DNA of 63,628 nucleotides, the filler included, from Rhabdomonas costata (taxonomy: Eukaryota): assembly GCA_019059605.1 (NCBI GenBank). It is 26 parts of 26 records of this genome, joined end to end, with 100 filler letters (N's around TTAATTAATTAA, not from the genome) between each part and the next. Parts side by side here need not be neighbours in the genome. Positions count along the whole stretch, not along the records: positions 1 to 2,353 come from JAHMHO010003863.1; positions 2,454 to 4,810 come from JAHMHO010003864.1; positions 4,911 to 7,263 come from JAHMHO010003865.1; positions 7,364 to 9,713 come from JAHMHO010003866.1; positions 9,814 to 12,165 come from JAHMHO010003867.1; positions 12,266 to 14,617 come from JAHMHO010003868.1; 20 more parts are not named here. The stretch is one strand, 5' to 3'. The position numbers were made by a program, and so were the translations under genes. Below, one piece after another: positions 1-12,386 of this stretch; the first letter of the stretch is position 1, and every line of letters begins with the position of its first letter. The notes under the pieces were generated by a model, which made no database searches, was not told the DNA's origin, and saw only the letters and a program-made list of their open reading frames with translations.

Positions 1-510
1 GGTGTTTGTGAATGGGGCAATTATTGAGGTTCCCCCCTGAACCCAGGGAAAGCGTGTGCATGATGTTTTTGTCGGTTTTTGACCTCCGGAAATTCTGGAA
101 GGGTAACCTGTAGTTGGGACATTTTTTTTGGTCAGGTTTCAGATAAGCGGGCCCGAATGAAGACTAATACGGGTACTTCACGGATTGCTTGGTTGCTGAG
201 AACTTCTTTTTGCGACTACTGCAGAGCATGACCTGGCACGGGTTCATAACCTTCCCGGTGTCTTGAGTTCCTTTCGTGCAGATATATTCTCTGGAAGGTG
301 AGCCCTCTCGCTCTGCGAAAACGGACTGGGCTCCCATGAGTTTGCCTTCCACTCGTCCAGCGCTTTTCGGGGGGGGGGGTCAGGGAAGGCCGTCTTCCTT
401 TTCAGCGGGCCTATCGACAACGTATCTGTTCTTTCTTCTCTCAGTTCTTGTGCACTTTTTGTTTGGTGAGATGGTGTTTATGTGCCCCGATATGATAGGG
501 GAGCGTATAG

Positions 511-1517
511 CCACGGGTGCGGGCGCTTCCTTTTGCGCGACCCTGCCCGCCGGTTGCCGACCCACCATTTTTGTGCACCAGTGCGAAGCCAAGTTTCGCT
601 GTGGCAGCTGCTCGCGGTCATGGGGCAGCTTTGAGGTGACCATTCACCTGCAGTTCTGGAATGGCAAGCGGGCCTTCCGGGTTGTCCTGTTTGGGCAGGC
701 TTGCCAGCTCTGTTCTGCGGAAATGGGATCCCATGGAAGTTGGGGGCGTGTTACCAAGGGTTACCTTCGGAAGGGGGTGACTCTTCTGTCTCTCGGGTTA
801 CTCAGATCATTATGCCCTTTCTTCTGTAATTTTGGTTATAGTTGAGGTTATTGTTGAGAAGGGCCCTTTATGCGCTGGGGCGATGTCCAGTGCTTGTGCG
901 CGTCGTCCGTATGTGTCTCAGTAAGTGTTCGCTCCCTTTTGGTGGCCATATCCCAGTGCGCTTCTTGGGCTGGAGCGGTGTGAGAGGGTTGGAGATATCG
1001 CGCACATCCCAAAAGGAGGCCCCGCACCCGTAGGATAGGGAACCTCGGATATGGGTTTGCTCATGCGTAGATGCGTGCTGACACCAGAAAAGGGTCTCGT
1101 ATCGGTTAGTAAGGCAGTTTTCTAAACTGGCTGTGGTGTGATTAGGTGCTGACTACGTTTGCGTAGTTGTCGGTGTAGCACTGACCTGCACAGTAGTGGA
1201 GTGCCTGCGTGCGGTGCTGCCTTGGTGGCATGGTCCCAACTTCCAGGGTACCGAGGGTGAGGAGAAAACGTGGATGTCGCCTGTGGTGTCAGAGGTCCAT
1301 TGGTGCAAGGTGACTGATAAGTTCGTTGAAGTCCTGACGAATGACAAGCCCTCAGAACGCCATGACGAGGAGGACTGGGGGAAGAGCGAACGCCCTCATG
1401 ACGAGGAGAACGATGAGGCGTCCTATCCATCCAGAGAGTACGAGAATGTGTCTGAGTACGCCCAGACTTACACGACCGAGGCCGACTTTCGGAGAGGCCG
1501 CCGTGGGAACGCCCGAG
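511..1517 (+). CDS. 3CxxC-type zinc-binding (RTP/ZAR1-like) domain protein, partial, at least 2 exons (~511-776 and 1247-~1517)
   Basis: AKFRCGSCSRSWGSFEVTIHLQF..FRVVLFGQACQLC fits the zf-3CxxC pattern FxCxxCxxxWxS..GQxCxxC; second exon follows ttccag at 1246 and includes ERPHDEE; exon borders approximate. Confidence 0.6.
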
Positions 1518-2353
1518 GTCTTGTTCCTTTTTTGGCTCGGTTTTTCCCCGTGCCGATACAACAGTCCCCTCATGACACGCAGACACGCGCACACACACAC
1601 ACAAACACACACGTTTTTGATGCGTACAATACCACATGACTGCGCAGCTCTGCTTGGAAGGGACATCAATTTGTTCAGGCAATAAGTCAAAATCCCCAAA
1701 AAAAAATGAAGAGAGAGGGGGATGTTGAGAAGGATTGACACGACAGTCAACAAAGGCTCTTTCCCCGAATTATGGCACGCACTCCCTTTGCGGCGAAAGA
1801 TAAACGGTAAAAACGATACCCCCCCCCAGAACACATAACATGATAAAGTTGGATCGACGTATTCCGTATTCCGTATTTCCCCCAATGTTCCCGTCTCAAG
1901 CCAGGCTCAACAGAACACTTGAAGGCACGTGAAGAACTGTCCATACGTGGCGTGTGTTCGGCTGTGCATGAGTTTTGTGCGACTGATATCGCCACGGACA
2001 CGATTATTTCACCCACACAGGAAATTATCAACACTCATGGTCAACTAAGTTTTCCACCAACTGCAGTTTTCACATCGAAGGAACTCCAGGACAGAAAACG
2101 CACTTGAAATGCTCCCTTTACGTTTTCAACGCGTCAACTATGATTTTTCGATCATTCGTACTCTTCGGATCATGGCCTTTGGTGTGAACAAAGCATTTCC
2201 AATGACTGTTCTCAACCCTACCGTTTTTATGTGCAGCGTGGTGATTGCATTCGGAAGGATTACTCTTTTTCTCCCATAACCTGCCCAAAGCTGCGTTTTT
2301 TTATTCTAAAAAAACTTTGTCTTTCTAAAAAAAACCCTTGTCAGAGAGTAGGT

Positions 2354-2453
2354 NNNNNNNNNNNNNNNNNNNNNNNNNNNNNNNNNNNNNNNNNNNNTTA
2401 ATTAATTAANNNNNNNNNNNNNNNNNNNNNNNNNNNNNNNNNNNNNNNNNNNN
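2354..2453. other. Artificial contig-joining spacer (first of 25; recurs about every 2450 nt, last at 61182-61281)
   Basis: N44-TTAATTAATTAA-N44, identical each time, with stops in all six frames; the contigs between spacers are near-equal in length. Confidence 0.98.
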
Positions 2454-2969
2454 TTTTTGGGGTAGGGTAACCCGTTCAGTGACACCGCACGAACCGTGCC
2501 GACCGTGTTTTTTTTCTCGTGCTCTTCTTTGTGCTACCCTGTTCATGCTCATTTGTGTTTTTTCAGGCACTCCACGCCACTGCTGCACCACCCTTCCGCG
2601 CGTATGTGTTTCTTTGCTTGTCTTTCTGGTCTTCTCTTTGCTTTTGTACCAGCCAGTGTGCGGCCAACCTGCCGCCCGCCTGCCGCCAAGTAGCAGCCCC
2701 TGCGCGCCGCAGCCGGCAGTACCCCCGCCCGCCAATCAGCCCTGGGCGCCGGGACAACCCGCCTGATGCTCAAGAAGACCAGAACACACGCATGCACACA
2801 AATATACACTGCACTTGACCACTGCACCACTTTTGCTGCACTTGTTGTGCCCTTCGCACCCCTTTCCCCGACTAACGGATTCTTTTGGCCACACCCTAAC
2901 ACACCCAGTTTCTGACATTAGTCGCCCCTTACCTTTTTCCGGGGCTCCTCCGCCCCTAGTGGCGGAGGG

Positions 2970-3499
2970 TGCAAAGGTCCTCCTAATGTCAGAAACCGGA
3001 TCTTCTCCTCCGGCCAAGGATCACTCCTTGCCCGGAAACACGTACTCCCACAACACATACTTTCACCCACATTTCCCCCCCAACGAAATTCCCTTTTGGC
3101 CAGATGACCTTTCTGGCCATTCCCCTTGACCATTGCTACTGTCTTTTCCCTGCGCAACACCCCTTGTCTTTTTGTGCTTTTCTTCCTGCGTTTGGTTTCC
3201 TTTGGTACCGCTTTTCCCCCGCGGACCTTTTGGTCACTTGACCCTACCGCTTGTTTTCAAATTTGCTACCGCATTAGACCAAAACTAAAGGAATCTAATT
3301 GGAAACCCCCTTTTGCTAGACCAAAACTCCCATCCACACAAAACTACCGGATTTGACCCGAAAATTTAGGCCAATGAATTGATGTAAATATTTCCCAAAC
3401 TTTCTGTGAACATATGGCTTCGTTTTTGCAAGCTTTTACACACTTTTCTTCCCTCTCTCAATTCCCGTCTTTTTTTCAATCCAAAGAACCGTGGTTACA
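2970..3499 (+). mobile_element. LTR-like repeat family A, copy 1
   Basis: 2976-3332 is repeated at 4454-4810; ends in GTTACA (3494-3499), the inverse of the TGTAAC start of copy 2; preceded by purine-rich GGCGGAGGG. Confidence 0.5.
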
Positions 3500-3659
3500 A
3501 GGTGTGTGTGTGTGTGTGTGTTTTGGTTTTTTCTAACGCTTTTGTTTTGGGAATGGGAAAGCGATCGAGTTTCAACTTAATTTCTACCGGATCAGTATTT
3601 TGGGCCCTGAGCCCAGGACGAGGTTCGGGAGACCGAGCCCCCTCAGAATAGGGAAAAGC

Positions 3660-4132
3660 TGTGAAAGGCCAAAGGGCACACTCACACCCCGTGAAGTGCG
3701 CGTGTTTGTTAGAAGGGGCGAAGCCAAAGCACACCACAGGCATCAGGCAGTCGAAAGCACACACTCCACGCGGAAGGGCAGCCCACTCGCAGGCAGTTTG
3801 CCAAGAGGGTTGGGTTTTGGAGTCAAAGCTTGCGCTCCCTTGCACCCTCGTAGCCCCGCCACCCCAGCAGGAAGAGAAAGCACCACAACCGTCAGGTCAC
3901 CGAAGAAAAGCGGGAGTCGCGAAGGACCCTGCCACGCGCCGCGAAAGGCGGCTGAGTGTATTCAAAGCCCGGTACTTGGTGTATACCAAGGTAAGCCCCG
4001 GCAGCGCCCAACGCGCGTCACAGGCGTTCGGGAAGCGGTGAGACCCAAGACGGGTCCGCAGTCCTGTGAACCCACCGGGAAAGATACGTGGCCAGGCAGA
4101 AGGCTGGGCCATCACAGGTGGTAGCAGAGGAT
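3660..4132 (+). mobile_element. LTR family B (3660-4116) with tRNA-iMet-type primer binding site (4119-4132)
   Basis: Termini TGTGAAAGGCC...GGCCATCACA; followed after 2 nt by TGGTAGCAGAGGAT, complementary to a typical eukaryotic initiator tRNA-Met 3' end; polypurine AGAATAGGGAAAAG just upstream. Confidence 0.65.
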
Positions 4133-4447
4133 AGATTGGAAAACACCTTGTGTGGTGCAAAGCGCGTAGCGCTCTTTGTCGCGACAAGTCGTCGCGTGGT
4201 AGCAGAGTTTATTGGGGGAATGTTTCGTACGAGACAGGTCGTATCAGACCGCCTGAGGCAGGGAGCCTGCCCGCGACACGCAAAGCGTTGGTCGCAGGCG
4301 GAGAGAGGACATGCTCGTACAGAGTGTGTGTTGTGTCCCTGACCCGAATCATCGTGCAGAGCAAAAATCATCTTTCGTCCCACCCTGTGTGTGATTGAAT
4401 CGAGCTTGATGTTGTGATCGCCTTGCTTCTACGCACAAGCCGGGAAT

Positions 4448-4810
4448 TGTAACGGTCCTCCTAATGTCAGAAACCGGATCTTCTCCTCCGGCCAAGGATC
4501 ACTCCTTGCCCGGAAACACGTACTCCCACAACACATACTTTCACCCACATTTCCCCCCCAACGAAATTCCCTTTTGGCCAGATGACCTTTCTGGCCATTC
4601 CCCTTGACCATTGCTACTGTCTTTTCCCTGCGCAACACCCCTTGTCTTTTTGTGCTTTTCTTCCTGCGTTTGGTTTCCTTTGGTACCGCTTTTCCCCCGC
4701 GGACCTTTTGGTCACTTGACCCTACCGCTTGTTTTCAAATTTGCTACCGCATTAGACCAAAACTAAAGGAATCTAATTGGAAACCCCCTTTTGCTAGACC
4801 AAAACTCCCA
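4448..4810 (+). mobile_element. LTR-like repeat family A, copy 2 (truncated by contig end)
   Basis: Starts TGTAAC; 357 nt essentially identical to 2976-3332. Confidence 0.55.
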
Positions 4811-4910
4811 NNNNNNNNNNNNNNNNNNNNNNNNNNNNNNNNNNNNNNNNNNNNTTAATTAATTAANNNNNNNNNNNNNNNNNNNNNNNNNNNNNNNNNN
4901 NNNNNNNNNN

Positions 4911-5060
4911 GAAATGTTTTCAGAGAGAGGGGAGGAAAGATCCTCCACGGGACCCTAGACAACACACTTTTGCGGGTTCAAAGACACCCACCGAGTTGGC
5001 ACGTGGAATAAGATGAACATGGGCCATATAATTGAACTTGCTTTTCCGACCCAATCAAGT
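4911..5060 (+). repeat. ~150-bp direct repeat, second copy at 7077-7229
   Basis: Near-identical sequence GAAATG...CCAATCAAGTG with a few substitutions and indels. Confidence 0.9.
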
Positions 5061-6004
5061 GGTCCCGATGGAGCGAGTTAAAGGCATCGCGAAAGTCTAG
5101 CTGCACCATATACTCGCCCTCCTGGGCCTGCGCGTGTCATTCCCGAACGGTGTGAACGAGCAGTTCACAGGGGAAAGATCTCAACAGTGCACACCATCAA
5201 AAATCAAGAGAAAAAAGTGGTCGCCCTAAGGCGACCCCACTTGGCCGCGCAAAGAGGCGGTATGGGATCGAAAGAATGATTACACTCAGTAATGGTGTAC
5301 AAACAAAAAATGCACAATTTTCGGACACAGATTCCGCTCAACGAGTAGCGGTGTGGAATCTTAACCATGCACGTTGTACTCGTGATTCGAATTTGGAGGG
5401 GGGGATGAGGACATGGGTTGGTCAACCTAATAATCGTCGGACACCAAGTGGGCGGTAAATTTTGTGGTTTGTCATCTTCAAAAATGATACTTGCTTTCAC
5501 ATCATCTGTAAAATTAGTTTCGGCTGAGGTATTCGGTGAATGTATACCTGTTTGTAAACATGTTGACGCTTTCAATTTATGATTCATATAAACTTGAAAA
5601 TCTTGAATCACTTGAACGTGTGAGGTACCAAGATTTAACAAAAGTAAATGTTCTATCTATCTATCTGTCAATCTATGTATACTAATATATGGATCATTAT
5701 CATACTAATATATAGATCATAATATGAAATTAGTGTTTATATACTAATGCTAATCACCACCAACTTGAAAATACGCATTTTTTTTGTGTTGAAGAAGATA
5801 AATCATAGCATAGCATGTGTTTGTCATGGACTGAAATCATACTTACACCTGTTAAAGCTGTTAAAGTCATTGAAGCATTAGATTTTACCCATTTAGTACC
5901 ATAGTATCTTTACTTGACTTGGTGAGAGAGAAGTTAAACTTACATCTGTATGAACCCCCCTACCGGGGATCTTAGGCGTCCAAGATCAAAAACAGTTATT
6001 TAGT

Positions 6005-6166
6005 GGGGAACCTGGCAAAGTATAACTAACCCCCCGTTTCTAAAGAACCTCTCTTAGGGGAAACGTGGCAAAGAGTAACTAACCCCCTACTTCTCAAAAA
6101 ACCTCTCCTGGGGGGAACGTGGGAACGTATATCCAAACCCCTGCTTCTAAAACAACCTGACCTGGG
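6005..6166 (+). repeat. Three degenerate ~53-bp tandem repeats
   Basis: Unit approximately GGGGAA(C)(C/G)TGG...AACCCC...TTCT..AA.AACCT at ~6005, ~6057 and ~6111. Confidence 0.8.
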
Positions 6167-7663
6167 TGCGAACCCTAATGTCGGATCTAATTCCTTTTCC
6201 AAACTCGCAGTGGCTGAGATTCGCGGTGCATGTGTCCCTCTGAACTTCTCAGTCGCTCATCCTCTGCATTTTAATGCTTCATTGGCGGTGACGGCTGAGA
6301 GTGCAGTTGAGAGGCGTACCAAAGAAAAGAAAAGTGAGTCGAGGGATGTGTGTCGAGCGGTTGGGTGGGATTTCCCCCCGTTGTTGTGGAGACAACGGGA
6401 GCGTGGAGCAGTTTTGTGGGTAAATGGGCCAAGCAGGTTAGCCTTGTCACCCATGTCCCCCTCGCTGAGTGTCTCCTGTCTTCTCCGGGCTCTTCGTGCC
6501 ACGGGCGGTTCGAAGTTTGAAGCAGTCGAAGACTTTTTGGCCTAAAAATACCGTTGTCTGGTGACAGGTTATGTGATGAAACCGGAAAGTTTTCTCGGCG
6601 GTTATGTTCTCCACAAAACCCACCGGAACGCCGTTTGACAGCAGAATGGTAAAATTAATCCATGTGACCTTTACTCTCGGTGCAAGTATGCAGAGGCCTT
6701 TTGTGATGCTTCAGGCATGCCGTGTTTATCTTTTCGAGCTTTTGTTTTTGATCAGAGGAGCATTGGCGGTTGTGGCTGAGAGTGGCTTCGGGCTTAATTG
6801 CTGAGTGACTGTTTGCTTTGCACCACGGCTGCCCATGGGGATGGACCTTTGCCTCGTGACAGGTTGCCCACTTTCAGTGCCACTCGCACTCACCTTGGTG
6901 TATGCGTTGTTCTGCTCACGGTGGGCTTCTTGGCGCTACAGCAACTTTCGCTCAACCGGGCTCGCCGTCAGCTTCAGCTGCAAGTTTGCGAGCAGGTGTC
7001 CCAGAGAGGGGGCACTGCTGCCCATTCCACCGCAAACAAAGTGAAGAAAGTAGTCCCTCAGCAAATGAAACCTGCTGAAATGTCTTCAGAGAGAGGGGAG
7101 GAAAGATCCTCCACGGGACCCTAGACAACACACTTTTGCGGGTTCAAAGACACCCCAACGGAGTTGGCACGTGGAATAAGATGAACATGGGCCATATAAT
7201 TGAACTTGCTTTTCCGACCCAATCAAGTGACCATCCATGTAAAACCCTCCCCAACAAACCACCNNNNNNNNNNNNNNNNNNNNNNNNNNNNNNNNNNNNN
7301 NNNNNNNTTAATTAATTAANNNNNNNNNNNNNNNNNNNNNNNNNNNNNNNNNNNNNNNNNNNNTTGTTTTTGTTACACTGAAGCGCCGAGCACCGGGTCG
7401 GTGGACCACACTATTTTCACAACGCATTGTTGCGATGCAGGTGCGTCCTGGATTAAAAAGGTTTCAATTATCTTTTCATGCTTGAGCCCTCACATACACT
7501 CAGTGTGACAACTTGTCGGTTGAATCCGAGCAAAGGAGGACGAGCGCTGGATTTTCTTGGTTACCGATTCCACGGACAGATAAGAAGCCTTTTCTGCATA
7601 AACATCGAGGTGGACATCTGTTCGCGGGGCCACAAGTTGAGTGAAGCGTTTCCGGATTTCAGA

Positions 7664-8030
7664 TTATCCTTCCAACTTCCATGTATAAACCTGCGTGCAC
7701 AAAAGAAACGACAGTGAAGCCGAAAACATACTGAGGAGGAAAAGAAGTCTTTAAGTGAGTTGCACTGAGATGCACTGAGAAACCTTCCGTGCAGAAGCCT
7801 CAAATCGAATGACCATATCAGCTTGGGTGACCAACGCAAGAGATCCTTCCTGTGAAGACGGCTCCAAAGCGCTAAAGCAAACCTTGGGAAAAGTCAGCGT
7901 TCACCTTGGCCACACCGCGAGCCGAGAGAAGTTGCAGCAGCTCCACCTCTTCTTCACTAAGCTGCCGCTCGATGCTCATGGCAAAGGTGTCGATCAGCTC
8001 GGTAAAGTGGGGCATTGGAATAAACCGGAA
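7664..8030 (-). CDS. C-terminal exons of an unknown protein (~8030-7905 and 7690-7664)
   Basis: GC3-rich PHFTELIDTFAMSIERQLSEEEVELLQLLSARGVAK, GT donor, CAG acceptor, then VYTWKLEG-stop. Confidence 0.5.
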
Positions 8031-10362
8031 TCCAAAAAAACGGAAAAAAAAAGTCCCTATGTACAATTCAACCGTTTTTTTGTTAACTGTCCATCATCTT
8101 TTGGCATAGGAATCCATGTTTCCACAAAAGCAAGGAGATGACTACTACGATTCTGACATAAGAGATCACGAACGAACTAATGAATGAACGCCAGAGCAGT
8201 GCTTCCATACGGCAAGCAGGTTTCAGAGTTGCCGACTTCTCCGATCGATCCCATTACTCCAATGAGCTGCCACACGTGCGAGCGAAGCGGAGAGAGAGAC
8301 AACCTCCCAACCTGCACACCGTATGGGCACGTGCAGGACCATACTGTACGGTCTTGTCTTCCCTCACATCAGCCACAAAGGGTCAGTTGTGGCAACTATA
8401 TGCACACTCAACCAACTCAAGGAAAATCCACATATGCACAGATCCCGACAAACGCACGCACGTACCTACCTACCTATCACCTATGTCCTAGCGCACTTCC
8501 TTCAAGTTTCCGCGGCATTCATTCCAACGATCAAGAACCGAACTTTGTGCAAGCGGGCAGTGAAACAGATCCTCCTCCAATGGAACGGCGGTGGCCCTGG
8601 CTTTGCAGTGTTCAATGTGCAACTGTCCACATCGGGTGTTGGCCTATTCCTTCCCGCTCCGCTGGAAAAGGCAAGCCTCGGTGTTCCGGTGCCAATCGAC
8701 AAAATCGTGAGGGGGCGGAAAGAAAGAATGAAATGAAAAGAGGTCGCTGAAACAAATTTTGCGAAATGGGCCAACTGCCCCAACGCACTTCCACACCCAC
8801 ACCAACAACACAAAAAGACGCTAAACTGTGAAAGCGCACACTGTGCCCGAAGATGAGGCACAGAAGGGTTGCCATAAACCCAACACTGGACACCCAAAAA
8901 GCAACAAGGCACGAGAAGTCAAACCGTGGCGAGGGCGTGTAAAATGTTTCAATCGTAGAATAGGACGATCAACTGTCCCAACATGTTTCAATCGTAGAGG
9001 TAGAAAGTGCAAAAAGAGAAGCGGGGAAGAATTTTCTGGGACAGGGTGTAAGGTCCATGCATTTACATCCGGGGAAAGAGATGGAGCACAGCGCCTTGCT
9101 GTTGCGCGGATCGCAGGGATCTTGAGTCAGCTGAGCGATGGGCTAGTGACTTGGAAGTGTAAAGGGGACGGGCCGAAAGGGATTCCCATGGATGATGCAC
9201 CACATTAAGCCAACACAGCAACATAGCAGATACGCTCTTTACCCGTGCAAACGCGTGTACCCTATCCTCCCCCAAAGCACTCCATTGAAACGTTCGGTGC
9301 CAGCGGTAATCTGAGATGCTCTCAAAAAAGAAGACTGCTACCCCAAGCACATGCAGAGGAGCTGCCCCAAAGCAGCGCAACTGCATTCTTCTATTGATGA
9401 ATGATGCTCGAACCCACAAAAAAGTAAACGCCCACCACTAGCGTGTGTTCTATCAGTCATCTGCCCCCCCCCCCCACACACACACACGCACTTTCTCCAC
9501 TTGGCGAGGGCAACCCTTTTCTGGGGAAGACTAACAAAGGCACACTTTTTTGGAAGCGGATTGATGATGGGTGGGTACTTCAAGCAAGGCACGGGCCCCG
9601 AAGGGGGTTCGAAAGCAGACAAGCGAAAAAAAGGACAGTCAGAAAGGCTATGGGCAGGAGGGTACGTCCACGCAGACACACATACACAAACACACACGCT
9701 GGCAAACCAACCANNNNNNNNNNNNNNNNNNNNNNNNNNNNNNNNNNNNNNNNNNNNTTAATTAATTAANNNNNNNNNNNNNNNNNNNNNNNNNNNNNNN
9801 NNNNNNNNNNNNNGGGGTTTTGGTATTTCCCCTGCCATCGCCAAGAGCAGGGGAAATACCAAAGGCGCCCAAACAGGATATGCACACGAGTGCGATAGAT
9901 CGACAAAGTAAATCGCGGTGACGCCGCAAACACTCATACTCACACTCACACTGACTCACAACAGCTCATTTGAACTTCATCCCATGTGGTGGGGGAGGCC
10001 AGTAAGACAGAATTATCATTCGGTTCTAAGTCACTTTCGTTTTTTTTGTATCCCTCCCCTTGCAGGCATATGTTTTTTTCGTCTGGAAATCTTCTGTGAT
10101 CTCCGGACAACTCTGTGACCACGGCCATTTTCCCTGTCAAACCAAGCCAATATACCCAGTTTAGAACCAAACAAAGCGGATAAACGTCCAACAGAAAGGC
10201 GCAGAGAGACAATGCAAATTACTACCTTTTCCTTCCGTACCTATGAACACTGCTGATGCTTCCCGTGCTTCTGTTCTCGGCAAACAACTTTAGAATGCAC
10301 CGTAGCTTGAAGGTGGGACAAAAGCATGCTGCAGAGGGAGGGGTTCCAACAGAGTCAAAAAC

Positions 10363-11166
10363 CTGCGGTAGCCTGCCATTTTCAAAAGCATCCCCGCAAT
10401 CTCGGAGTCCTCTCCATCAAAGGAGATTGTGACTACTTGGTCCTGAGGCTCTGGCTTGGGACGCATAAACCTGAAAGGCAAACGAATTCGAGGGGGGGGG
10501 AGACCAGCATACCTGCACCGTGAGGAAGGATGGGGGGTGTTAGGGCATCCACCTTTGATTCCACTCCACGTGGTCCAGTTTAAAGTTGCTGTGAAGCTCC
10601 ACGACTGCAGACAAAACGGTACGGAAGGGAAACTATGCACACCAAAGAACGAAAGTCCCAAGCGAAAGGGAAACTGCGGCTTACGTGGGATTCTCAGCGC
10701 GGTGGGCAAAGGCTTGCCCTTCTTGGACCTGTCCCGCACGTCGATGAGAAAGATATCTGGTTCAGGCCACCTTGTACAGGCAAGATGCACAGGGTACATT
10801 TATTTCAAGATAAGAGCATAGGAGATGGACCCAGAAGCTGGTGGCACACACCGAAGAAGTTCCTTGACAACCTTCGAGCTGATAACAGCGGGTCTTGAGG
10901 TGGCATGAGCCCGATACCTTTGCTGCACAAAGAAAGCACAACAATAACCACCGGCAAAGTGCAGTAGGTTCTGAGTTCAAAAGGCAACTGCAGTTCAACT
11001 GCAGGGCACACCAAAAACCAAAACGCAATGCATACGTCCTTGAAGATGGAACCCTGTGTCGATCCAAAGAGGTCGGGCCGGATCTCTCGCAGCTTGAGCC
11101 AGGGCTCCGGAATCTCTCCAGTCGCCTCTGTGAAGGAAGACTTGATCACCCACCGCACCAGCTTGA
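10363..11166 (-). CDS. Rhodanese-like domain protein (HSP67B2/TSTD-type fold), partial; exons 11166-11036, 10922-10852, 10770-10685, 10604-10553, 10470-10363
   Basis: GT-AG splicing with consistent phases gives ...ISSKVVKELLRWPEPDIFLIDVRDRSKKGKPLPTALRIPLVELHSNFKLDHVEWNQRFMRPKPEPQDQVVTISFDGEDSEIAGMLLKMAGYR, which has the rhodanese motifs LIDVR, IP, KP and GY. Confidence 0.75.
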
Positions 11167-12386
11167 CTGCGCAAAAAACGGACCCCGAGCGGCAAGAGAG
11201 CATCCGGAGGCGAACAAGAAAAGGATAAAAACAGCAATAATGAATAAGGTGCTGCATGGAAAATAGTGCAGACCACAGCTAGAGGCGCAAAGACGGTCGA
11301 AAAATACCGTCCTGTCCGTTACGGACGTGACCGTGCGACAGGATTGTGGTAAAGTGTCACATTATGACTTTTGTCCGAATGTCCCAATTGCAGGATTTCG
11401 CCAAGAAAGAAATTTAAATGAAACGAAAGCAAAATGCACTTTGTCTGCAGGTTGCGACACGAAAAAAAAATTCACTTTTTTCCGGTTTTAGTTGCAAGGG
11501 GCTGAGAAGGTGTGTGTGGGGGTGAAATGGCGGGATTACCGAACAAAAACTTGGAAAGAAACCATTTCCATTCGAGTGACCACGAAGCCACTTCCTGCAG
11601 GTCACACTGTCGTTTGGCCAATGCAAAGATTACTGTGGTCCCCCCCCCCCAAACTATTTACCCCCGTGAGCAGTAAACGCAATTGATGAACAGCGTTTGC
11701 GCTACTCAGCAACGCTTCATGAGATGCTTCCTCTACACTCACATCGGGAATCGCGTGCACCCGCACAGCGAACCAAAGAGATGAACATCCAAACCAAAGG
11801 GTCCAGAAGTGACGAAATGACAAACAAATGCAGGATGCTGAGCAAAAAAACTGCATGGAGGCTGCTGCCCACTTCAGCAAAACAAACAGGACAACCTGAA
11901 CAGCTGTGCATTTTCAATTCAGGGCGATCGACGCACCGAAAGAGAAAAAGGAGAGAGAGAAAGAAAGAGATGGACAGTCTGGGAGACGTGATGAATCACA
12001 ACATAATTCACCACTGCCACGGGAACCTCTATCCGGAATCGGATACAGCAGAGGTTCCGCGAAGCATCGACAGAGCCGAAGAAAGATGTACAACAAGCGC
12101 TGACAAGAGAGGAAGTGCTGAAACCACATTTCAAATTTACCACCCGCAGCCCACAACCACCCCCCNNNNNNNNNNNNNNNNNNNNNNNNNNNNNNNNNNN
12201 NNNNNNNNNTTAATTAATTAANNNNNNNNNNNNNNNNNNNNNNNNNNNNNNNNNNNNNNNNNNNNTGTTGTGGGGTACCGCGGTACCCCACAATATCTCA
12301 GCATTGTAAAAAGGGAATCCCATGCCCGTCACTTTGCACAAACTCAGAGGAGAGGAAAAATGTGTGCCCCTCTCCCCATCCCACAC

